A stretch of DNA of 64,000 nucleotides, from contig CM059431.1 of the NCBI GenBank assembly GCA_030390025.1, positions 141,610,001-141,674,000 on the forward strand, read 5' to 3'. The notes under the pieces are model-generated. The model was not told the DNA's origin and ran no database searches. It saw only the letters and a list, made by a program, of their open reading frames with translations. The DNA is from Squalus acanthias. Taxonomy: Eukaryota. Shown here in pieces: positions 38,190 to 49,809 of this stretch; the stretch's first letter is position 1, and the number at the start of each line of letters is the position of its first letter. The translations under genes were made by a program, and so were the position numbers.

Positions 38190-40330
38190 CCAGGTTCTGG
38201 CCATGTCGACAGTTTTCAGGTCTTAGTTTCACATTGATCTCTTTCTTGCACAGTTTGGAAGATTATTCTTTCATGGTTCTGTTTAATCAAAAATTTAAGG
38301 TTAAGCAAAATACTTTGTTAGTTTGTTAACCAATTCCCCTTTGAAACGGATCCAATCTCTTCTTTCAACGAATTTATCGATTCGCTGTTAATATAATTTC
38401 ACCGATCGAAATTTAAAAGCGGAAACAAAATAAGATTGATATTTTATTAATTCAAAGTGGGGCTGTCTCCGCCTATTCATTTGATCGACTCTTCCCGCTC
38501 TCCTTCACATCATGGCCCCGTTCTCCTGGTTCCCTTTCTTTCTGTCGCATCCCACACTCTGCCAGTTCCCAGTCTCACGGGTTCCCGCAAATTGCCAGAT
38601 CCCAGTCCCATGGTTTCCCGCACTCTGCCAGATCCCAGTCCCACGGGTTCCCGCACTCTGCCAGATCCCAGTCCCACGGGTTCCCGCACTCTGCCAGATC
38701 CCAGTCCTATGGGTTCCCGCACTCTGCCAGATCCCAGTCTCCCGGGTTCCCGCACTCTGCCAGTTCCCAGTCCCATGGGTTCCCGCAATCTGCCAGATCC
38801 CAGTCCCACGGGTTCCCGCACTCTGCCAGATCCCAGTTCCACGGGTTCCAACACTATGGCAGATCCCAGTCCCACGGGTTCCCGCACTCTGCCAGATCCC
38901 AGTCCCACGGGTTCCCGCACTCTGCCAGATCCCAGTCCCACGGGTTCCCGCACTCTGCCAGATCCCAGTCCCACGGGTTCCCGCACTCTGCCAGATCCCA
39001 GTCCCATGGGTTCCCGCAATCTGCCAGATCCCAATCCCACGGCTTCCCGCACTCTGCCATATCCCAGTCCCACGGTTTCCCGCAATCTGCCAGATCCCAG
39101 TCCCACGGGTTCCCACACTCTTCCGGATTCCAGTGCCACGGCTTCCCGCACTCTGCCAGATCCCAGTCCCACGGGTTCCTGCACTCTGCCAGATCCCAGT
39201 CCCACGGGTGCCCGCACTCTGCCAGATTCCAGTCCCACGGGTTCCCGCAATCTGCCAGATTCCAGTCCCACGGGTTTCCGCAATCTGCCAGATCCCAGTC
39301 CCAAGGGTTCACGCACTCTGCCAGATCCCAGTTCCACGGGTTCCAACACTATGGCAGATCCCAGTCCCACGGGTTCCCGCACTCTGCCAGATCCCAGTCC
39401 CACGGGTTCCCGCACTCTGCCAGATCCCAGTCCCACGGGTTCCCGCACTCTGCCAGATCCCAGTCCCATGGGTTCCCGCAATCTGCCAGATCCCAATCCC
39501 ACGGCTTCCCGCACTCTGCCATATCCCAGTCCCACGGTTTCCCGCAATCTGCCAGATCCCAGTCCCACGGGTTCCCACACTCTTCCGGATTCCAGTGCCA
39601 CGGCTTCCCGCACTCTGCCAGATCCCAGTCCCACGGGTTCCTGCACTCTGCCAGATTCCAGTCCCACGGGTTCCCGCAATCTGCCAGATTCCAGTCCCAC
39701 GGGTTTCCGCAATCTGCCAGATCCCAGTCCCACGGGTTCCCACACTCTTCCGGATTCCAGTGCCACGGCTTCCCGCACTCTGCCAGATCCCAGTCCCACG
39801 GGTTCCTGCACTCTGCCAGATCCCAGTCCCACGGGTGCCCGCACTCTGCCAGATTCCAGTCCCACGGGTTCCCGCAATCTGCCAGATTCCAGTCCCACGG
39901 GTTTCCGCAATCTGCCAGATCCCAGTCTCACGGGTTCCCACACTCTTCCGGATCCCAGTCCCACGGGTGCCCGCACTCTGCCAGTTCCCAGTCCCACGGG
40001 TTCCCGCACTCTGCAGTTCCCAGTCCCACGGGTTCCCGCACTCTGCCAGATTCCAGTCCCACGGGTTCCTGCACTCTGCCAGTTCCCGACCTCCTCTTTG
40101 TTCGAGAATGGCCGCTAGAATATCAGAGCGATAGAGTTCAAAGGAAATTTGTGATTGTCGTCACGAGAAGTTTTGGGCTTGCCTCATTTGGACTGTGTGG
40201 ACACATCTGGCAACCTAATCATAGAAAGAATATTTCTGCACTTTGTATATCACACATCTCAGCCAGAGATTCTAGGATTTCACAATTCCAGTTTTGAAGA
40301 AAATCTAGAAAATCGTGCTTTCTAAATGTA
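38190..40330 (+). pseudogene. Heavily decayed GPR139-like remnant interrupted by a 33-bp minisatellite
   Basis: Ordered motifs across frameshifts: VLAMSTV (~MVAMATA), FNQKFKVK (~CCQKFKAK), INSKWG (~INKEQWG), HHGPVLLVPF (~HSAWGVWLPF), then the repeat array, then EYQSDRVQRKFVI (~ENQSD...RKSII). Confidence 0.45.
38550..40087. repeat. 33-bp GC-rich minisatellite, ~46 copies
   Basis: Unit CCAGATCCCAGTCCCACGGGTTCCCGCACTCTG; a variant unit recurs at 495 bp (15 units). Confidence 0.97.
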
Positions 40331-40719
40331 GAAAAGAGGAAACCTCCAGTTGACCTAATGTCAGTTAGGAGAATGCACAAATTGCTCAAATTCTTCGCTC
40401 TGGCAAGGAGTTCAATCATAAATATCTACAAGTACAGAATGTGAAATTAAGAGTTACAGGGAAGCCGGACGGAACATTTCAGCTCTGGGTAACTGTATTC
40501 TGTATGTTATTTACTGAATTACCAGGAGGGTCATTCGGCACAAAACAATTTATCTGCTTCTTAAGTTGACAACTATATTATCGAAAGTTTATCACATGAC
40601 AAACATAACTTTCTGTAAACAAACTGCAACATCCATGTGCTGCGTAACACAAGCAAAGGTAAACTGATTAACTTCAATCTGAGGAGTTTAACAGTAAAGA
40701 TATACAACGAAGAAAGCAA

Positions 40720-41160
40720 GAAAATTATCTTGAACGAAGCGAATAGCATCAAAAATGCACCTATAAATGGAGTACACCTGTCATTATAATTACTGCAGTT
40801 TAGGAGGCAATAATACGAACTCTATTATTTAACGTTATTTTGTTAAGTTGCCGATTTATCCTAATCATCCTCACAGTTGTTAATGGGATAATCTGCGGTG
40901 CCTGTCCCTACTGTAACAATCCAAAGCTGCAGAATCAGTTATATGCACACCATTGAATTTAAAAAAGGAATTCTGTTGTGTTGTGTTGAAGGGGCCCATA
41001 TCATCAAAAAATGCACAGAATGTCCTGTGTTGTGAATCCAAGTATCTTCCCAGGTCGTGGCGATCCCGTTGTTTCAAAGCTGGGTTTTATTATCCTGAAA
41101 TATATATACTGCGGAATCAGATGAATCCTCCATTCACTGCTTTAACACCTCACTGAGGAA
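40720..41160 (+). pseudogene. Heavily decayed GPR139-like remnant
   Basis: Ordered fragments: IILN..QKCTY (~VILSR..SKCIS), LLFNVIL (FNVIL as in the intact gene), SCRFIL (~VCKFIL), VICTPLNLKKEFC, PPFT. Confidence 0.45.
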
Positions 41161-41609
41161 TTGGACTGACGAGATGTAGGAGCGGGGTTATGCTGCATTG
41201 CAGAATTGAGAGTTACACAGAATGACGTGCACTAATACGTTGCTGCATTCTGGGAGTTGTGTATTGTAATGATTGGATATAGTACGTGATGCGCTTTAAT
41301 TGAACCAGTAGCATTAATAAAACATGCTCTACTTTTCTGATTTATTCTAATTTCTCTTGAAAAAAATAAAAACCCTTTCACCCTTACTTACCTGTTAGTT
41401 GTAATTGTTGAGAAAAGCCTCGTGTAGGGGTCACGTGAATTTATGTCTTTCTGTGTAGTCTGAGCTCTTCACTGTGAACCCATAATCTCCCAAAGTTAGT
41501 TCAAGATTCCATATCCGCTTCCCACAATCAGTCACCTCGCTTTCTTCATACAGCATTTGTTAAATTTACACCCTACACTGACACGCACTTAGAACAATGG
41601 CACGGGGGT

Positions 41610-42980
41610 CATACAATCATAGAATCCCAGACTTATACAGTACAGAAGGAGGCCATTTGGCCCAACTTGCCTGTGCCGGCTCTATGAAAGAGATAGCCAA
41701 TTAGTCCCACTCCTCTGCTACTTATTGTTTTCATTCATTTTTACCTCTTCTCCCCGCTGTTTTTTGTGCCATTTACCTTAAATCTGTCATATGGCGATAA
41801 GGCCGGTGAATGGAAATGAGACAGAAGATCAGCCATGATCTCCTTGAATGGCGAAGCAGGATCGAAGGGCTCCTTCTCCTATTTCTTATGTTCTTATGTG
41901 TCCTTTGGTTACCGAAAAGTCTGCCCCTGAAAACAGTTTCTTCGAATTTACTTCATCAAAACCCATCCTAACTTGTATTCAACTTGGTGTTCCACTGAAT
42001 TATTTACCTAACATTTATCTTAAGCTTCCTGTTTCTGTTTTCAATTTTGATTTAAATTTTGACTTCAATTGTGGTTTCAGTTTTGCTAACAGGTCTCTCA
42101 TGTAGTACTTCATCAAACGCCTTTTTAAAGTCCATATATAAAACATCAACTGCACTAACCTCATCAACCCGCTCCGTTACTTCATGAAGGGACTCGATCA
42201 AGTTAGTAAAACAAACCTTGCTGGCGTTCATTGATTAACCCACATTTTCCAAGTGCTAAATAATTTTCTGTCGGATTATTGTCTACAAATGTTTCCGCAC
42301 GACGTTAGGCTGACTGGCCTATATTTGTCAGGTTTATCCCTCTCCCCTTTTTTGAACAGGTGTAATATTTGCAATCCATTGCTACTCTGATAGCACTCCC
42401 ATATCTAAGGAGGATTTGAAGATTTTGTTCAGAGTCTCTGCAATTTCCACCCTTACTTCCATCAGCTACCTCGGATACAGCCCATTTGGACCGGGTGACT
42501 TTTCTACTTTGAGCGCTGCCAACCTTTTAAGTACCTCCTCTTTATTTATGTTTTTCCTATCCAATTTCTCAGCTATCGCTTCCTTTACTGTGACATTGGC
42601 CGCATCCTTTTTATTTAGTGAAGACACATGCAAATTATTAATTTAGTACCTAAGCCATGCCCCCTGCTTGCACAAGAAGATCTCCTTGTTTGTCCCTAAC
42701 AGTCCCCATTCTTGAGAGTGCCACAATCCCGGAGGATCCCAGCACCACCTGCCTCTTCGCACCCTGCCAACTTACTATCCTCCTGAACTCACTGTGGCTG
42801 CGGGGTGACCAGCTCCTGGAACATGTGGTCGAGCAAATTCTCAGCCCTGCAGCGACTCCAGCCGCTCCTCAAGCTCCGAAACACTGAGCTAAAGTTCGAG
42901 CAGATGGAGCCACTTCATGGACACGTGATTATCATGGACAGGTGAAGCGCCCTGGAGTTCCAACATGTCTCAGGAATATC
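41610..42980 (-). mobile_element. Rearranged CR1 fragments (3' UTR, RT, ORF1)
   Basis: Reverse-strand KSPGPNGLYPR and DVLYMDF motifs; ORF1 relic. Confidence 0.7.
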
Positions 42981-43289
42981 CACTGTTGTTATCAATGTAA
43001 GTTGCAGCATTTAAATTCAACAGTGACAGAAATCACAATGGAAGCTTAAAGAGAGTTTGAAAATAAAATAACATTAAATTAAATTTAACCAGAGTACATT
43101 AAACTAAATTAAATTGAAATAAATTAAATTAAATGATAATAAATTAATTACAGTAAATTAAATCTAGTTTGTTATATGGCACTTTAGGCATTACAGAATT
43201 ACCGTCCGATTTGCCTTGCACAGCGATATTTTTCCCAATTTTCTTATGTACTTTTCTTGTAGAGTTGCAGAGTGAACGGTTATCCTGGG

Positions 43290-44095
43290 GCTGACGCGCT
43301 TGGTGTTGTGTTTTACTCCCCTACCTTGGTGGTCCGTCGGAATTCCGGGACTGGGGTAACTAACATTTGGTCACTGAGAAAGCCGAAGCATTGTGACACA
43401 GACACTAATCGGCGGCAGCATTTCCTGTTGTAAGACAATCAGACTGTGACCTCACTTCCTGCGGCCCATCGCAAAGAGCGCCACAGTCTGGAGTAGGGGC
43501 TCCTGATGACGTATTGGGCCTTTCAAAGGTGAATCTGCTTCGCCACACTTCTGACACTAACAACCAATGGGTGCAACGCTCAGGCGATTCTGTGAAGTGT
43601 CACCAATTATATTCAGGAGCTACTGAATCTTTCACTCCCTGCAGTTTGTTTGTTCAGCAGCTTTGTTTTATTTTTTGCAGCTCAAGGATAACAAATACAT
43701 TGCTAATATTTATGCTTAAGGTTTTTTCGAGATCATTTGATTGTGGACATCGGCTCTGTGCATTGATTTGTACCTTTAATCTAAGGCAAAATGTATTAAT
43801 TCCAGCCAAGGTAAAGATCCCTTTACAATCTTCTAACATTGAATGGAACAATTGACAGATTCCAACGCTAAGTGCGGCCGTCAGACTCAGGACGGAACTC
43901 TGCAATCCTCCACTAACAGTCTACAGCCACAGAACTCTCTGCACTGTTATACAAACACATCCAACGTGATCATCGTATTCCGACTTATAGAACGGAGAAC
44001 TTCGCGTGAGTTAGAGTCCAACTATTCCAGTCTTTCTTTCTACCTCATTATGCAATAGATTGACAGCAAACATTTAAATCTGTTGCTGCGTCTAA
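43290..44095 (+). pseudogene. Heavily decayed GPR139/142-like remnant
   Basis: Ordered fragments with stops and frameshifts: LGVVFYSPTLVV/VGIPG (TM1), FHSLQF (ICL2), PFTIF/TLNGTI...SGRNSAIL (TM5-TM6), NYSSLSFYL and SK/FKSVAAS (TM7-H8). These resemble my recollection of GPR139 PCSIFFILN..GKTTAIL..NFFLY..SKRFRTMAA. Confidence 0.45.
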
Positions 44096-45149
44096 GAGTT
44101 TATGAGAGTCGGTTTCATCTACAGGAAGTGAAATCTGACCCACAATCCAAACGCTGCCACTGCCCAACTGACTGTGATAGTAGAGTCTTGAAACAATTGG
44201 TGGCTACTTCAGCAGTGTCGGCACATTATCAATTAGTATTCGGAAACTATGGAACAAGATAATAACTCTGTATCTACTGAACTTTGCTCCGCTTTAATTA
44301 ATTCTGCCGAATAAGGCACAGGTTCATTTGAATATTCCAACTTCGATGGGGTGTAAACTGCCGGTGGGATATTTTACACTCCGCCCAATGGTCTTTTTCA
44401 TTAGAGTCAATGGAAGGGAAATTCGGCGGCCTGTATGATTGGCGGACAGTCCGCTCCAGACAGATTTCCACCCAGTCCGAAATTGAAATTAAGTTTATTT
44501 TCAGGATATTCAGTTTCCATTAAACCCAAATGGATCGATAAGTTACTTTACAACTTGTGTTTAAAACAGCTTAAATTGGGGTCGCTGAAATGTTCCTTAC
44601 AACTAATACTGGAGGATTGGATGAAAATAATGAACTTGGGGTGAAATTAACCATGGGAGGAGGGTCCAAACCGGCGGAATCACATTGTTCTCCTGTTATC
44701 AGCTGCTATAGAACTGAATATTAGACGGTGCCTATAACAAAGAATTTTGCCTTATCGCCAAGACGAGTTTCTACCCCTTGCATTTCTATAGCGCCTTTCA
44801 AGGCCTCCGGACGTCCTAACGCGCCTCACAGCGAATACAGTACTTTTAAAGTGTAGTCACTGCAGTAATCTCAGGCAATTCGGAAGCCAAATTGCGCACA
44901 ACAAGGTCCCATAAACAACAATAAAATAAATCACAAAATAGGACAACATTGGGCATAGGCGGGGAACACGAAACGATCGGTCTTGCATCGATCGCCTGTT
45001 ATACATTGGCCCAATATTCAGTTACATTAACGTAACGAGAGCTGAATATCGGGCATGTTGTATAACCATCGGCAAATGCCCAACTGGGCGCAAAATAACG
45101 CCATGCAGACATTTGCAGGCATCAGTAGATGGGAGAAAGCGCACAAACC

Positions 45150-46420
45150 TTCTATGAAAAATAAAACAGATTCCAGCCAATACATTTTGACGGAAATTTG
45201 AACCAACAGAATAACCTATATATGTGATGCCCATCAATCACAGAAGGCGTTTAAACATCGAGTGGACACTATATACCCGGTTACACATATTCTATGTGTA
45301 ACCGGGTATATTGAAGGAGAGTGGAAGCAGTCCGCGGCATCACCTCTGCTGATCTTACACATCCTGCAATGTGAACGGTGGATTTGGCCAATCCCAGGGG
45401 CAGCCCGTCCTCCACATCTTCCAATCAATAACCCAAACACCGCTGCTTATATTGGAAAACAGTTTCAGTTGAGGCACAGCAGGAGGGCGGAAAAAATGTC
45501 AGTTAATTGGCTCAAGTATTCATCTGGTGTCTTTGAACTGAGCAAAGCTCTCAAACCCAGGTCTCCAGTGGGGCCGGGCGTATCTCCCAATACACCGCCT
45601 TGACTGGGGGATACCCGGTCAACACCAGTTGGTAAAAGGCAGGGGGTATTATATATTATTGTCTGTGTGCAAACACAGGCAGAGGATTGTTCCATCTCAA
45701 TACCTGGCTATTACATTGTGCAGATCGTTGAATTAACTGCCCCTATTATTTAGGATATTATGAATTCTTACACAGCGTAACCAGGTCGCTAATTCAGATT
45801 AACTGCAACCAGGTTCCCTGTGAAAAAATTAGTAAAAGCAAATATCAGCTTTACTTTAATGTAGCTGCAAAGCCTTCAACTTATTCTCAGTAATAGAGAC
45901 ATCAGAAAAAACAGGTAAAACGACGCAACGCGAGTTAACATTCAAAGAAATGCTGAACCATCGCGACACTGTGAAGGAGACAGCGGCACCGCTCCATATT
46001 CCCAGGAGACGGGATGAGGCGGCCCGTGCAGCTTCAATCAGTCCAGTGCAACATTTTCAGCAAACCTGCGAGAACAATTAAGGTCTCCAAGAGTTCTAAA
46101 CTGTCGAATCTTATCCTAAATCTGGCCGATATTCCTGTCAATTATACGGTAGAATTAATTTAAAGTCCTCGCTCTGTCAGATATTAAACACGTTGATCAA
46201 ATATTCTATTCCATTATTAAACTTCATTCATCACTGACACTTTTCATCCTAAAGGCGGAATGTCCTCATTGGGCAGGGGTCATCAGTTAACGAACTGTTG
46301 AAATCCAGGGTCAATGTTGGGTTAAATGCCACAGGGGACACAGATATAGCCACGTACCTGAGAGACTTAACAATAACCATCTTGATGTAGCTGTATGGAG
46401 AGAGAACCACAAATCTAAGC
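45150..46420 (-). pseudogene. Possible decayed two-exon GPR139-like remnant
   Basis: Donor CAG|gtacg at 46357 and acceptor ttttttcacag|GG AAC CTG GTT GCA GTT (GNLVAV) at 45817, which is the same phase-1 intron position as the intact GPCR. Later come FSNISSGVWVI and YSVGSNFRQNVL; many stops. Confidence 0.3.
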
Positions 46421-46464
46421 TGCAGTAGGAACTAACAGTGAATTCTAATGTTCCATAGCGAGCT

Positions 46465-47324
46465 CTAGTTAAAATTTCTTTGATTTTTAAACAATCTTCG
46501 AATCAGTGTCCAGGGAGATTTCAGCACCTTCTTCAGCTCTTCTCTGAATTTCCTCTGGGTCGCTGCATAAATACACGGGTTTATACAGGAACTCAAAAGC
46601 TTCAGCATGGCTCCGGTTTCAGTGGCGATATAGGCTGGGTTTGTGCGGTCACCTCGGTAATAATTGGGGTTTGACAATCCGGTAGTTGCAAAACTCACAA
46701 CAACTGTCAACCACAACAGTACAAAACTGCCCGAAATAGTGAAGAGTAAAATGATGGATTTCCTTCGATTCTCAATCTCTGGATCGATCTGATTCTCACT
46801 GCTGTGACCCCGGAGTCCCCTACGGGCTCTGCTGGCCACTACAATACGTCGGACAGTTAAAGAATTACACAAGGCGATTAAAGTAAAACGAAGCCAAACT
46901 ACCCAGACGCTGTAAAACCAGTAGTACGCTGCACCTGGAGGTGAGGTAAAGAAAGCCACACTTGACCGGCAGCCCCACTGCACCTTGTTAATTATTTGCT
47001 GAGATTCATATGCAAACATAAAGGGAATGTTCTTTAACAAGGTCAGAACAGAGAACATTGTTATAATCGCGACCGCGGTTTTCTTGGTGCAATGTTTTGT
47101 TTTAAACTTCTGGCAGCAGATAACTACACATCGGTCAAATGTGAAGGAGACGGTGAACCAAATAGACAAATCGATGGTGACAGTAGTGATGTATAGAATG
47201 AACTTACACACCGGAGTGTGGGACAGGAATGAAAGTGGAAAGTGATAACTGAAAATATGATACATCATTACATTGAAGATCATGACCAATAGATCTGCTG
47301 TTGCCATGGCCACCATGTAGACAG
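46465..47324 (-). pseudogene. GPR139-like GPCR, 5'-truncated (TM1 and exon 1 lost)
   Basis: Close paralogue of 33274-34639 from VYMVAMATADLL to the stop (DRC, NPCIY, FREEL). Homology ends abruptly at 47324, and upstream lies a CR1 RT fragment (FADDT on the + strand). TM5 LPF has become LRF. Confidence 0.8.
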
Positions 47325-47479
47325 TTTTCAGGTCTTTTTGCTGATGATACCATGATAGTTGGGAAAGCAAAGTGTGTGGAGGACGCAAAGAATCCCCAAA
47401 GGGATATAGATAGGCTGAGTGAGTGGGCAAAAATCTGCCAGATGGAGTTTAATTTCTGAAAATGCGAGGTTATCCACTT

Positions 47480-48030
47480 TGTGGTACTAGTCGAACCCTT
47501 AATATTATCATAGAGTGTACCGTGCTTATCCACTGTTAGTGGTATCCTACACTTATACGAGATGTAAGCGTGTTTCTCCTTCACTACTAATTACAATACA
47601 CCTACACTGGAGGTGACCGCGCTCATCCGATTCTGGTGGTACACAACACTAGAGAGAGGTGAATATGTGAAAGCTGATGAAGTGATTCCGGATGATGCAC
47701 ATGTTCACTGACGACACCCAGCTCTGCCTCCCCACCACCTGTCCCGATCCCTCCGCTGTCTCTAACTCGTCAGTTCGTGTCCAACATCCATTACTGCATG
47801 CGCAGAAATTGCCTCCAACTAAATATTAGGAAGACCAAATTAGTTGCCTACGGTCAACGCCAGAAACTCAATTCACTAGCCACCAACTCCCTCTCTCTCC
47901 CTACGATAAATGTAACCGTAACCTCCGATGCTCCCTACACTTAGACTAGAGGTGACCGTGCTGCTCCGGGACTAGTGGCACCTACACTTGCACGAGAAGT
48001 GTCCACCCTCCTATGGTACAGGGGGTACAC
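47480..48030 (-). repeat. Degenerate reverse-strand copies of the 49-bp satellite, split by an L2-like fragment (~47690-47900)
   Basis: For example 47934 cctacacttagactagaggtgaccgtgctgctccgggactagtgg is the reverse complement of the unit. Confidence 0.75.
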
Positions 48031-48034
48031 AACA

Positions 48035-49805
48035 TTTTCTTTCGTTCCTGGGATGTGGGCGTCGCTGGCAAGTCCAGCATTTATTGCCCATCCCTAATTC
48101 TCCATGAGAAGGTGGTGGGGAGCCGACTTTTTGAAACCTCTGCAGTCAGTGTGGTGAAGGTACTCCCAAAGTGCTGTTAGGGAGGAAGCTCCAGGATTTT
48201 GAGCCAGCGACGATGAAGAATCGGCGATATATTTCAAAGTGAGGATGGTGTATGACTTGGTGTTGAAGTTGGAGGTGGTAGTGTTCCCATTCGCCTACTG
48301 CCCTTGTCCTTCTAGGTGGAAGAGGTTGCAGGTTTTTGAGTTGCAGTCGAAAAAACCTTGACAAGTTGCTGCAGGTTTTCCTGTAAATGGTACACACTGC
48401 TGCCATGGTACGCCGGTGGTGGACTGTTTAAGGTGGTGAATGGGGTGCCAACTAAACGGACCGCTTTGTCTTGAATCGTGACGACCTTCTTGAGTGTTGT
48501 TGGAGCTGCACATATCTACGCAAGTGCAGACTATTCCATCACACTCCTTACTTATGCCTTGCAGATGGTGGGAATGCTTTAGGGAGTCAGGAGGTGAGAC
48601 ACTCGCCACAGAATACCCGGCCTCTGACCAGCTCTTATAGCCACAATATTTATGTGGCTTCTCCAGTTAAGTTTCTGGTCAAAGATGACTCCCAGGTTGT
48701 TATAGGTGGGAGATTCGGCGATTGTAATGCCGTTGAATGTCAAGGGACGGTGGTTAGACTCACTTTTTTTGAAGATAGTCATTGACTGGCACTTGGGTGG
48801 CACGAATGTTACTTGCCACTTTTCAGCCCAAACCTGGATGTCGTCCAGGGCTTTCTACATGCGAGCATGGGCTGCTTTTTTTTCTGAGGAGTTGTGAATG
48901 GAACTGAACGCTGTGCAATAATCAACGAACGTCCCCAATTCTGACCTTATATGAAGCAGCTGAAGATGGTTCGGCCTAGGACTCTGAACTCCTGCAGCGA
49001 TGTCCTGAGGCTGAGGTGATTGAACTCCAACAGCGACAGCAATCTTCTTTTGTGCTAGGTATCACTCCAGCCAGTGGAGAACTTTCCCCCGATTTCCATT
49101 GTCATCAATTTTACAAGGGCTCCTTGATGACACACTCGGTCCAATGCTGCCTTGATGTCAAGCGCAGTCACTCTCACCTCACCTCTGGAATTCAGCTCCT
49201 TTGTCCATGTTTGGCTGAAAGCTGTAATGAGGTCAGGAGCCGAGTGGTCTTGGCAGAACCCAAACTGGGCATCAGTGAGCAGGTTATTGGTGAGTAAGTG
49301 CCGCTTGATAGCACTGTCGATTACACCTTCCATCACTTTGCTGATGATTGAGAGAAGACTGATGGGGTGGTAATTGACTTCTTTGGATTTTCCCTGCTTT
49401 TTGCGGACAGGACATACATGGTCAGTTTTCCACACTGTCTGGTGAATGCCATTGTAGCAGCTGTACTGGAACTGTTTGGCAAGATGCGCAGCTAGTTCTG
49501 GACCACAATCTTCAGCACGAATGCCGGGATGCTATCGGGTCCGATAGGCTTTCCTTGTCCAGTGTGCTCATCCGTTCTGATATCAAGTGGAGTAAATCTA
49601 ATTGGCTGAAGACTGCGTTCTGTGATGTTGGGGACCTCAGGAGGAGGTCGAGATGGATCATCTACTCGGCACTGCTGACTGAAGATTGTTGCAAAATCTT
49701 CAGCCTTGTCTTTTATACTTGCACGCTGGGCTCTTCCTTTATTTAGGATGGGGATGTTCATGGAGCCTCCTCCTCCCGTTAATTGCTTAATTGACAGCAC
49801 CATTC
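48035..49805 (-). mobile_element. Non-LTR retrotransposon RT (family distinct from the CR1 copies); 3' fragments also at ~11365-11875(+), 13110-13510(+), 28820-29180, 52250-52530, 54520-55050
   Basis: ORF 49055..49435 (NYHPISLLSIISKVME, QFGF, ALDIKAALDRV); shared tail AATAAATGCTGGCCTTGCCAGCGACGC. Confidence 0.85.
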
Positions 49806-49809
49806 ACTT

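Noticed and set aside
38457..40134. 553-, 540- and 499-aa ORFs as real proteins
   Set aside because: They arise from a stop-free 33-bp tandem unit and are open on both strands. I saw no splice or promoter context and no frame preference.
41000..41070. Carbonic-anhydrase-like HNTGHSV on the minus strand
   Set aside because: An isolated short motif flanked by stops; the + strand GPCR-remnant reading fits more ordered motifs.
47325..47430. N-terminus of the 321-aa GPCR ORF as native receptor sequence
   Set aside because: It is the antisense of a CR1 RT fragment (FADDT...DIDRLSEWAKI on the + strand).
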